This document shows, in pieces, positions 12,827 to 24,261 of a stretch of DNA of 64,000 nt; within the stretch, counting starts at the first letter, position 1, and each line of letters starts with the position of its first letter. The notes beneath the pieces were generated by a model, which worked only from the letters and a program-made list of their open reading frames with translations, was not told where the DNA came from and ran no database searches. The DNA comes from Pristiophorus japonicus (Eukaryota): positions 84,010,001 through 84,074,000 of the forward strand of contig NC_091993.1 of the NCBI RefSeq assembly GCF_044704955.1, written 5' to 3'. A program made the translations under genes and the position numbers.

Positions 12827-13098
12827 GACCTTATGGGCATTGTCTCGGTGGGCAGAGGGCCTGTTTCAAAAGGACTGGAATTTCAACTTGGCTAGAGAGC
12901 ACTGGAGCTTCCTGTTCTTAGGAGAGAAAAAAACCTATATTACAGGCTGGGGATGAAAACTTTCCAGCCTGCAAAAGATTTCCCAGACTTTGGCAGCTCT
13001 TAGGTTGATTTCAATTTGTTGTCTCCTCTTCTAGAGCTGTTTGGGGCACAAAGTAAGTTCCTCATAATTGACCACCAGAGAGGTGTAAGAGGGACAGA

Positions 13099-14142
13099 GG
13101 GTTCAATTTTCCCCAGTGATTTGCACCATTTTTTTTGGAGCAGGCTGCTCTTTTTGGCCTAAGTTGAAAAACCACAGTTTCCCCAATCAATTTTCACCAG
13201 TTAGTTATGATTTTTTTAGGTCAGTTTTTTTTCAGCCAAAGGGGGCATAACCAGCCACCTACGCCAATTCTGGCCATATAGGGAAGTTTGGCCAACTGAG
13301 AGTTACTCCAGTTCTGCTTAGGCCAGCGTATGTGGCCTCTGCAGAAAAACCTTCCGGAGAGTTAAGGAAATCGGTGTAGGTATGGAAATTGGCGCAGCAG
13401 ATGCCTGGATACACTAAAAGAATTGAAAAATACATAGCAGCAACTTACCTCCAACCCCACCCGAAGGGCTTGCCGGTTCAGTCCTGTAATGTCCTTACAC
13501 ACTACTATAAATTCCACACGAGACACATTCTGCAGACAAGAAGGTCACTCTGTGACCTGAACCTTTATTCACAGGACCAAGAAGTGATGACCCTGCGTGG
13601 GACCTCCCTTTATATACCTGGATGACCAGGTGAGGAGTGTATCCCACAAGTTCACCCCCTGTGGTCAAGGTGTGCATTTCTTATGTGTATACAGTATGCA
13701 GTGTTGTTATGAAGGTTACAGTTACATGAAGGTCACATACATGACCGGTCTCATTCTCGGTCCTCATTCTCCCGGTCTGGTCCCATTCTCGGTCCCCGGT
13801 TCACGAGAGAGAGAGAGAGAAAGAGGACCGGCAAGCCCTTCAGGTGAGGTTGGAGGTAAGTTGCTGCTATGTGTTTTCCAATTCTTTTAATGTGTTGGGA
13901 GCTGGCTGTATGCTTCACTTTGCAGCCTCAGCTCACATTGTGTCCCTGGTTACCATGGCAGCCCGATCTTTTTGGCGGAGATCAAGGCTCCACCCCCAAA
14001 ACTAAAGGTCGGGTTACACCACCCCAAAATGAAGAAATCCAACGGGGAAACTTAGAATTTTTTTTGCCATACTTAGGCCCCAAAATATTAGGTGTAACTC
14101 TTCAAATACGCCAAAAAAATGCTTTGGGGGAAAATTGAGCCC
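13099..14142. mobile_element. non-autonomous Harbinger element (MITE)
   Basis: TIRs gggttcaattttcccc and ggggaaaattgagccc; subterminal similarity to both ends of the 3208-11746 element; no transposase. Confidence 0.8.
13485..13746 (-). mobile_element. Gypsy-type solo LTR (~262 bp) inside the MITE
   Basis: Starts tgtaatgt and ends catacatgac(c); minus-strand TATATAAA and AATAAA; imperfect 5-bp flanks agtcc and ggtct. Confidence 0.65.
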
Positions 14143-14744
14143 AGCGATCCTACCCTAAGATCTCCATACTGCCATGAAGGTTGACATTTTTTTATATTTA
14201 AAAAAAAATCAAATAAATTTGAACTAAGCATTTCAGTGCTTCAAATAGAAGTACTCCCTGGATGTATCCCTTCCCTTTAAGTATATTTGTTATGTATTTT
14301 TTTCCTTCCCATCATTTCTCTTTCTCTTTCACTGCCTCTCTCCACTGTAGTGGACTAATATGGGACATGGAGATCTCCCTAGTTACTGTATAATGCCTTG
14401 ATCAACCAGAAGTGTGCAGATGCTTATCCTGTGATTTCTTCCCCACCTCATCCAAAAACAAAGCCACCACCAAACTTTTGCTACCAGAAGGAGATTTTCC
14501 CAGAGAAGGACGGAGATTCAAATGTCTGAGGCAAGGATTTAGGCTTGGGGCCCACTGTGACGTAAATGCTCTATAGCTGAAGCAAAGAACTGCCTGACAA
14601 TTGAGGAATTTGTACTATCGTGAGCCACAATTGGAAAAACATGTTTCTGAAGTTGATGTTTTCTGCTCATTATCAGAAGTATTTGTGCTTTAACAGCTGC
14701 CTCTTGTGAGGCTCAAGTGACCAGCAACAAAGGAACCATTTGTT

Positions 14745-14929
14745 CTGGAAATATTCAACCGGTCAGGCAGCATCTGAGGAGAGAGTAACAGAGTCACCAT
14801 CTCAGGCCGGTGACCCCTCATCAGTTCTGAAACAGTAACTTTTTTTTTCTCTCTTCACAGATGTTGCCTGGTCTGCTGAGTATTTGTTTATATTTCAGGT
14901 TTCTAGCATCTGCACGTTTTTGCCTTTGT
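14745..14929. mobile_element. Penelope-like terminal repeat, inverted pair with a degenerate hammerhead ribozyme core
   Basis: Arms ~14749-14805 and ~14827-14885 are inverted. The minus strand reads CTGATGA-ggggtc-acc-ggcct-GAGAT. 11-bp TSD aaccatttgtt (14734-14744 and 14930-14940). Confidence 0.7.
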
Positions 14930-15914
14930 AACCATTTGTTGTAGTTGGTTAGGTGAAGTGTTTTTTTAAAGATTTGATTGGCCTATGAATTTGAGGAACA
15001 TTGCTGCAAAATCCCACCTGATTTTACCCAGAACGTGCGCTGTGCTGATTTAACTCAGTGGACTGAGCTTGTAAAACAGGACTAATAATTGCTGTGGAGC
15101 ACAAAGCTATTGGAGAGAAAACTGTCAGTGGGAGTAATTTGAGGAAGATGAAGCAGAACATTTCATTTAATGAAGAGAATCGTCTGACATGGGGAATTTG
15201 CAGCACTGAGCAACTGATGTGACATTGTGTCTCAAGCAAGTGAGCAGCTTTCAAGTCTTGAGGGTGCTAGATCGATGATGGAGGCCATCATTTAAATGGA
15301 GTTCTTCTCTGCGTTCTATGTTCTGTCTATTTGCAGGACTGGATTATTGATTTATTGTCTGACCTTTTTTTAAAAAAATAATTTATTTCTGGCAGTTGAA
15401 TTGTTGCCTGCTGAGCTTAGTGCCCTGGGCCAGCATAGAGTTAGTCAGCTCCCCACCTTATTCAGCCTCGAGGCTGTTCAGTGGTGCAGCAGCAATAGGT
15501 GCAAAAATCACACAGCGTTTTACCTTTTGGGCAATCTGCCTATTTCATAGCTTTCAAATTAGCCTTTTGTTTTCTGTTACTGTTGGTTGGTAAAGCGGAT
15601 AAATCAGTCAATATGTAATGTGTTGTAGTGGTTTTACATGGTAATTGAGGATTTTAAGAAGTCGAATGTTTTTTACATTGACAGTAGCTTACTGACAGAC
15701 AGCATGGTTACATTTAACGAAAAGGGACTTGCTAGTAATGATTTGGCCTGTCCTTAATCTACTTAATTCCTTCTGATTTTTTAAAAGTTTTAAATTAAAA
15801 CTTTTTAAGTTGCATTAAAACTTTTTAAGTTGCACTGAGTCCAAGTCATTCCAAAATCAGGTTCTCGAAATGAATTTATTTTTTCGAAATGTTCTAATTT
15901 ATTGATAAACATAG

Positions 15915-16370
15915 CAGTCAATTTGCGCACAGCAAGGCCCCACAAACAGCATTGAAAAAGTAACCCGTTAATCTATTTTTGGCGGTGCTGGTTGAGGGAA
16001 ACATATTGGAAGAAATCTCTGTTCTTTAAATACCTCAATAGAGTCTTTTAAGCCAATCTGCACAGGCAGACAGGGCCTTATCCAAATCTTATCCAAATGA
16101 CTCACTTCTGACAACACAGTGCTCCCTCAGTACTGCAACAAAGTGTTAGTCTAGATTACTTGCTCAAGTCCTGGATTGGGGCTTAATCCCACAACTCCAA
16201 CAGGGATATGGAGATCGGTCGGGAAAGTGGCGTTGAGGTCGCTGATCAGCCATCATCTTATTGAATGACAGAGCAGGCTCGAGGGTCCGTTTGGCCTACT
16301 CCTGCTCCTATTTCTTGTGTTCTTATGTTCTTAACTCGAGGTGAAGTGCGACTGCTGAGTTAAATTGACA
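15915..16370 (-). mobile_element. SacSINE1-like Deu-domain SINE with an inserted CR1 3' tail (~16200-16333)
   Basis: Reverse-complement similarity to 38180-39530 (gtgctccctcagtactgca, cacagcaaggccccacaaacagc). Confidence 0.7.
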
Positions 16371-17776
16371 TTTCAATTTTGACATTTCCTCAATTTTATT
16401 GGCACTTTAATGTCATTGTGAATTAAGGATTGGATCCTGGTTTTATTAACCATGGGTCATTCTGACCATGGTTGTAGACTACACACTCCTTCCAAATACT
16501 GTCCCCACACAGTATGCCTCCACACAGTATGCCAACAATGGTGTCTTTCTAGATGATCGGGGGCAACTGCTCCAGAACATTTTGAATTTTTACATTTAAA
16601 ATAGAGCATTCTGTTCATTTTAAACACTTTATTTTTACAACACTTTATTTTTAGCTTGACAATTAATTTTTTTTAACCTGAGAAAAAAATACAAGCAACA
16701 TTTGGGCTCTCAACAGACCATCATTTCCCCCAAAGACTACCTGATAATACTCTCCTGCGTACTGGACTGAAACATTTTGCCCACTGTCTCACCCAAAGTT
16801 CACGATCACACAATCATTGTTATCCTTTGCCCCTCCCCTGCCTCAAGTTCACAGTGGCACTTTTTCCTCCAGCTGTCCCTATCCCCATCCAGTTCAGACA
16901 TTCTCCCTCTCCAACACCTTTTAATTGAGATGCTGTACACCTCAAGTCCTCTTCCCCTGTTTAGAGACAGTCTCCCCTTCAGAACCAGCACCACCCCTAC
17001 CTAAGTTCACACTCTACCTCCTCTAACCCTCCACTCACTTCAGAGGCATCCTTTCTATCTGCTGCCTGTTCATGTTGGCACTCTTCTCCCTCTTCAGTAT
17101 GAGGACTTTTCTCCCACTCTCTTCTCCCCCTCAAGTTTCAGCACAGATTTCCTGCCTCTCCCACACCCCGGCTGGTACTCTTTCTGCCCCATCCCAGTTC
17201 ACATGGGTGATTTCATTATCTTCCATCAGGTGCAGGTGAGAATTTGTGACTGCGTGTTCAGTGGCATTCAATCCTTTGGATGGGCAGCAAAAGTTCGGAG
17301 CCAGAAGTGATACTGCGGTAGAAGGAGCCGGCAACAGCGCTGATAACCAATGGACAATGTGCATGCTGCCCTGAAAACACTAACCAGAGTCCAGAACCTT
17401 TCAATTGATATCTTAATGTACCCTCACTTAGAAATAAATAAACTCCTTCTTTAGTATTTGGGTTGAGGATGTCATAATGCAGTTGGCCCCATCTTGCTGA
17501 GTCTGCCTCTCGGCCAAGTAGTGACATGCAGACTAATGAGAGTATTATACCTGTCCTTGTGCCTTAGCTTGATTGGGAGATGGGCTCAGAGTACACTGTC
17601 ATTATTGTCTCAGCTCTTCCTGATGCCATGATGAGAGAGCAGAAGCAGTGTTCCACATTTAGGTAAAAATATTAATTTTCTGTATTTTTTTATTTGAACC
17701 ATTCCTGTCACCTGAGTGAACAACCTATTTTCCCAGTAAAATGCCATCTTCCTGTCACATGGTATGAAGCTGCATG

Positions 17777-17802
17777 GTGTGTGTGTGTGTGTGTGTGTGT
17801 GT
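17777..17802. repeat. (GT)13 microsatellite
   Basis: Read directly from the sequence. Confidence 0.95.
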
Positions 17803-18359
17803 AACTTTCGGTCTGTGAAATAAGCTCAGCAGTTGAACTGAGACGACATCCATAGAAGGTTGAGTTAATTGGAGAGAGCAGTTTTCCATTTCTCCTGCAA
17901 TTTTCAGGGATTGAAACTCCCAGCTTGGAGTCACCTAACCACTAGTTCTTTATTTACCACTTGTCTTATTTCAACCTCAGTTGTTTTCTGCAAAATCAAC
18001 CTTGGCTCTTCACCTTGGATTCTGAATGAATTGTACTGTCCATGGTTCTGATCATATGACATTTCTACTGGTGGATCCAGGTCGGAGGGTGCAGTTTGAG
18101 GCAATTGATTAACAGTAATGATCAGGATGCATACTGACTTCAGTGCAAACCTTGCTGTGGTATATTGACATCTGTTCAACAAATATGCCTGATTGCAAGT
18201 CGTACTCAACTAATTAAGCTGAACCACTGTGGTGAAAGAAGCCAGCTGTGTCAGTGGCCATAATACCATCTCCCGATAGTAAAGTGCTCAATGTTTACTT
18301 ATCTGGTTTTTGTAATGTAATCAGAACCTAGGCAGTAATATATATTATGGCCTTGCCCC

Positions 18360-18705
18360 TCCTGAGCTCTTTAACATCTTCAAGCCCTGCAGTCCTGAAA
18401 GAATTCTATGTTCCTCCAACACAGGCCTCTTGGGCATCTCCCATTCTGCCCACCATTGATGGCCGCGCCTTCAACTGCTGATGTCCTAAGCTCTGGAATT
18501 CCCTCCCTAAACCTCTTCGCCTTCCTACTTTTCTCCCCTCTTTCTCCTCTTTTAAGAACCTCCTTAAAATCTACCTCTTTGACCAAGCTTTTAGTCACCT
18601 CTCCAAAAATCATCATCTTTTGGCTCCGTGTCAAGATTTGCTTGATTGCAAGTGCATTGAGACATGTTCCTATATGAAATGCACAATATAAATGCAAGTT
18701 GTTGT
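18360..18705 (+). mobile_element. L2-type LINE 3' end
   Basis: ctctggaattccctccctaaacctc...tttgaccaagctttt...atataaatgcaagttgttgtt. Confidence 0.8.
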
Positions 18706-18972
18706 TTCTCATTTACTTGTGAATTTGTACTGTGTATAGAATGACTTTGTAATGTCCTTCTGTCATGAAATGAAAAAACTCTTAGAGTATTATGTAACAA
18801 AGAATTGTGGTAATGATTTCCTGTGACATGCATGATTTCTCCAATAGCATTCAATGTGCATCAAAGGAGATGCTACAAAGAAAATCAAAATGACAAAGAT
18901 TGCATGTGTTCAAAATAAATGGGCGTCAGTGAGTTACTGGACAGTAATCCAGTTTGGGTATTCAGGTTACAT

Positions 18973-19617
18973 GTGCGAAATAATACCCGCCCTCCCGTAC
19001 GGCTCAGAGACATGGACCATGTACAGTAGACACCTCAAGTTGCTGGAGAAATACCACCAACAATGCCTCTGCAAGATCCTGCAAATCCCTTGGGAGGACA
19101 GACGCACCAACATTAGCGTCCTCAACCAAGCCAACATTCCCAGCATTGAAGCACTGACCACACTTGATCAGCTCCGCTGGGCAGGCCACATTGTTCGCAT
19201 GCCAGACACGAGACTCCCAAAGCAAGCACTCTACTCAGAACTCCTTCACGGCAAACGAGCCAAAGGTGGGCAGAGGAAACGTTACAAGGACACCCTGAAA
19301 GCCTCCCTAATAAAGTGCAACATCCCCACTGACACCTGGGAGTCCCCGGCCAAAGACCACTCTAAGTGGAGGAAGTGCATCCGGGAGGACGCTGAGCACC
19401 TGGAATCTCAACGAGAGAGCATGCAGAAAGCAAGCGCAGGCACCGGAAAGAGTGTGCGGCAAACCAGTCCCACCCACCCCTTCCCTCAACGACTATCTGT
19501 CCCACCTGTGACAGGGTCTGTGGTTCTCGTATTGGACTGTTCAGCCACCGAAGGACTCATTTTTAGAGTGGAAGCAAGTCTTCCTCAATTCCGAGGGACT
19601 GTCTATGATGCTGATGA
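18973..19617 (+). mobile_element. RTE-clade LINE 3' fragment with a ~35-bp target duplication
   Basis: YGSETWTMYSRH...QLRWAGHIVRMPDTRLPKQALYSEL...GGQRKRYKDTLK; (TGA)n tail; direct repeats at 18938-18972 and 19618-19652. Confidence 0.9.
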
Positions 19618-20699
19618 TGGACAGTAATCCAGCTTGGGTATTCAGATTACATTAGTTTATTATTTCAACCACCAAGATTTGTTCACTGTTGTATTCACAG
19701 CCGTACGATATTATTTATAATGTTTTGTGGCTAATTGTGGCTTTGTTGTTGATATCTGATTCTTTTCATGGCATATGATCAGAACCTTGGACAGTGCAAC
19801 GCTAATGATTTTCTTCATCAAAAAACCAAGCTGGAGAGCCAAGACTATTTGCTGGAAACCACCAAGATTGAATAAAGGGTAAAACTAGTGGTAAATAAAG
19901 AAATGGAGATTTGGTGACTTTAGCTGGGGCTTTCAATGCCTGTAGATTGGCAGAGACAGGGAAGACTGCAGAATCTAATGTCCACAATTTTGAGGTTGTA
20001 AGAGAGAATGCAGACAATACATGCTTGGTACAAGGAATGGACTTGATGCACTGAATGGCCAATGTTTTGTGTGTTCCTTTGTGTCATCACATTCTGATTG
20101 ATACTATATTGAAAATTAAATGTCTAAATAACATAAAATCCATATAGCATAAAATAGCACCACAGCTGATTAGCATTTCTTTTCCTCTTTTATGTTCCTC
20201 TGCCCCCAGCCTCCAAAGCACAGTATTCACTGGCTGAGAAGATGGGTAATGGAAGAAATAGGTGATGTAATCAGACTGGGGTGACCAAGCTTCTCTTGAG
20301 CAATAGGAGGTGCCCAAAGCATCCTGGTTATTATCCTCCCTGCTGATTTTCTCTCCCACTCTATATATGTCCCTATCTGCTTGTTGGCCCTCGAGCCGCT
20401 CCCAGTGCTGGGCACTTTAGACATGAACCTGTTGTGTTTCATTCCATGTCACTCTAACCAGTAAGTAACCTAATCTGCAAAAGCAAATCAAACTCACTGC
20501 AATCCATGTCTAAGACAAAACATTCTGATAAACTATTGCTTATGGGGAGGGAGTCGACTGCAAATGATATTTGCGACTAAATATCTAAACACTATTTGGA
20601 AAGAGGTTTCATTGATGTGCCAAAGTTAGGGATACCAGAAGCACAGCTGGAGAGCAAAAATATACTGGCAAATGCTGGGAAAAATTACAAGAGCACACC

Positions 20700-22978
20700 A
20701 TGGGGAAGCGTGATCATAATATGGTAGAATTCTTTATTAAGTTGGAGAGTGACACAGTTAATTCAGAGACTAGGGTCCTGAACTTAAGGAAAGGTAACTT
20801 CGATGGTATGAGACGTGAATTGGCTAGAATAGACTGACGAGTGATACTTAAAGGATTGATGGTGGATAGGCAATGGCAAACATTTAAAGAACACATGGAT
20901 GAACTACAACAATTGTACATTGCTTTCTGGAGTAAAAATAAAACAGGGAAGGTGGCTGAACCGTGGCCAACAAGGGAAATTAAGGATAGTGTTAAATCCA
21001 AGGAAGAGGCATATAAATTGGCCAGGAAAAGCAGCAAACCCGAGAACTGGGAGAATTTTATAATTCAGCAGAGGAATACAAAGGGTTTAATTAGGAGGGG
21101 GAAAATAGAGTATGAGAGGAAGCTTGCTGGGAACATAAAAACTGACTGCAAAAGCTTCTACAGATATGTGAAGAGAAAAAGATTAGTGAAGACAAACGTA
21201 GGTCCCTTGCAGTCAGATTCAGGTGAATTTATAAGGGGAACAAAGAAAGGGCAGACCAGTTAAACAATACTTTGGTTCTGTCTTCACAAAGGAAGACACA
21301 AATAACCTTCCGAAAAGACTAGGGGACCGAGGATCGAGTGAGAAGGAGGAACTGAAGGAAATCCTTATTAGTCAGGAAATTGTGTTCGGGAAATTGATAG
21401 GATTGAAGGCCGATAAATCCCCGGGGCCTGATAGTCTGCATCCCAGAGTACTTAAGGAAGTGGTCCTAGAAATAGTGGATGCATCGGTGATCATTTTCCA
21501 ACAGTCTATCGACTCTGGATCAGTTCCTATGGACTGGAGGGTAGCTAATGTAACATCACTTGTTAAGAAAGGAGGGAGCGAGAAAACGGGTAATTATAGA
21601 CCAGTTAGCCTGACATCAGTAGTGGGGAAAATGTTGGAATCAATTATTAAAGATGAAATAGCAGCGCATTTGGAAAGCAGTGACACAATCGGTCCAAGTC
21701 AGCATGGATTTATGAAGGGGAAATCATGCTTGACAAATCTTCTAGAATTTTTTGAGGATGCAACTGGTAGAGTGGACAAGGGAGAACCAGTGGATGTGGT
21801 GTATTTGGACTTTCAAAAGGATCTTGACAAGGTCCAACATAAAAGATTAGTGTGCAAAATTAAAGTACATGGTATTGGGGGTAATGTACTGACGTGGATA
21901 GAGAACTGGTTGGCAGACAGGAAGCAGAGAGTCGGGATTAACGGGTCCTTTTCAGAATGGCAGGCAGTGACTAGTGGGTTGCTGCAGGGCTCACTGCTGG
22001 GACCTCAGCTCTTTACAATATACATTAATGATTTAGATGAAGGAATTGAGTGTAATATCTCCAAGTTTGCGATGTGAGCTGTGAGGAGGACACTAGGAGG
22101 CTGCAGGGTGACTTGGACAGGTTCGGTGAGTGGGCAAACACATGGCAGATGCAGTATAATGTGGATAAATGTGAGGTTATCCACTTTGGGAGCAAAAACA
22201 CAAAGGCAGAATATTATCTGAATGGCGGCAGATTAGGAAAAGGGGAGGTGCAACGAGACCTGGGTGTCATGGTGCATCAGTCATTGAAAGTTGGCATGCA
22301 GGTACAGCAGGCAGTGAAGAAGGCAAATTATATGTTGGCCTTCATAACTAGGGGATTTGAGTATACGAGCAGAGAGGTCTTACTGCAGTTGTACAGGGCC
22401 TTAGTGAGGCCTCACCTGGAATATTGTGTTTAATTTTGGTCTCCTAATCTGAGGAAGGACGTTCTTGCTATTGAGGGAGTGCAGCGAAGGTTCACCAGAC
22501 TGATTCCTGGGATGGCAGGACTGACATATGAGGACAGACTGGATCGACTGGGCCTGTATTCACTGGAGTTTAGAAGGATGCGAGTGAGATCTCACAGAAA
22601 CGTATAAGATTCTGATGGGACTGGACAGGTTAGATGTGGGAAGAATGTTCCCTATGTTGGGGAAGTCCAGAACCAGGGGACATAGTCTAAGGATAAGGGG
22701 TAAGTCATTTAGGACTGAGATGCGGAGAAACTTCTTCACTCAGAGTTGTTAACCTGTGGAATTCCCTACTTCAGAGAGTTGCTGATGCCAGTTCATTGTA
22801 TATATTCAAGAGGGAGTTAGATGTGGCCCTTACGACTAAAGGGATCGAGGTATGTAGGGAAAGCAGGAAAGAGGTACTGAGGTGAAAGATCAGTTATGAT
22901 CTTATTGAATGGTGGTGCAGGCTTGAAGGGCTGAATGGCCTACTCCAGCACCTATTTTCTATGTTTCTATGTTTCTAT
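20700..22978 (+). mobile_element. CR1 LINE, 5'-truncated ORF2 with intact 3' tail
   Basis: ORFs 20841-22433 ([27 protein letters not shown]); tail ttctatgtttctatgtttcta. Confidence 0.92.
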
Positions 22979-23310
22979 AGATCTGAAAGATTGAAAACCG
23001 GGGAGATAAACCATGGGAGATTGGACTATAGTGGAGCACTGAGAATGACAGAGAAATGGTCATGAAAATTTCTATGTAATTACTGTAAATTATGATGAGC
23101 CAGTTTGCAGAGTCTGCAAAAGTGTTTGATTGATCACCAGCATCTCCTAACTATTGTAGTATCCCGCTGAGTGTCGGAGACATTTTATCAACTGATTTGA
23201 AATTTAATGAGCAGCATGTACGTGCATTTCTGAGTAGTTTGATTGGCAGATATTGAAAGGAAAAGGCACCAGTTGCGCATGGACTGTTTGCATACCTTGC
23301 AATGTGATCA

Positions 23311-24056
23311 TGGCCCGTCAGTCAGCAGGGAAGCATAGGCGTTCGCCGCTGGCCCCGAAGTAAGCTTCACACAAAGATCTGGCATTCCCTATGGCGAGAA
23401 GTTCGGCTTTTCCGATGCTCTGTTGAATTCAGTGTAACGGAATGGGGAATTCCTTGTGCGAGCTGCTGTGATGTCAACAAGCCATCTAAGCAGCCAATCA
23501 TAATGCAGAATTCTCACTGACCAGGAAGTGAATGAGCTCCTTTTATTCTAACTTTTTAAAAAAATGTTAGAGAACAAAACAAAGATTAACGGGCTCACAT
23601 GGGGAAAAGGTAAACCTGAAATAAAAAAACTTCACTTTTTTTTTTAAAGTTTCTTTAAAAATATTTTTTTATTAAAATGGATAAATTTGACACAGCACCC
23701 TATTAAAATTAGTTTTTCAAGGCCATAATGTTTGTTAAGCAGTCAATGCGTTGTTAAAACTCCAGTTACACCTAATCCAATGAAGTCTAACTTTTTTAAT
23801 GGGGTATTTAACAGCAGCGTTAGACCACACCTGGAGTACTGTGAGCAGTTCTGGGCACCACATCAAAGGATATATTGGCCTTAGAGGGAGTGCAGCGTAA
23901 ATTCACCAAAATGATACCCATGTGGGGGTGAGGACCAAAGCGCAGCCAGTGTTGGAGCAGTGAATGACTGACCGCAACTTCAGGAATTCCACGTTGGGAT
24001 GTGCTAAATCCTGAAGTTGCAGTCAGTTTCAAACTACCCACCACAAATTTCAGGCC
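23311..24056. mobile_element. probable MITE-like element containing a short CR1 piece (~23820-23920)
   Basis: Right end aaatttcaggcc resembles the TIR of 60912-61664, with a similar AT-rich centre. The left end is uncertain. Confidence 0.4.
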
Positions 24057-24261
24057 ATTGTGTTCAGCTCATCACTACAACCTTAGTGTGTGATATGTAG
24101 TTTGTTATTTTGAATAATGGATTTAAAACTAATGTTTTGTTTCACTGATCATGTCAGTAAGAATGAAGTCTCACCAGCGGTGGTTTACACAATGTGACCG
24201 AGCAGATGACAAAAGTTTATGCTTCTCTCCATGTATTTTGCAAAACCTATTTGATTGTTTT

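Noticed and set aside
15795-16535. Short tandem duplications (attaaaactttttaagttgc x2, ccacacagtatgcc x2)
   Set aside because: Ordinary slippage-type duplications with no further structure.
17282-17371. snoRNA-like element closed by a gggcagca/tgctgccc stem
   Set aside because: No properly placed C/D or H/ACA boxes on either strand.
18854-19627. 257-aa ORF as a host gene
   Set aside because: RTE RT C-terminus preceded by flanking sequence that is in frame by chance.
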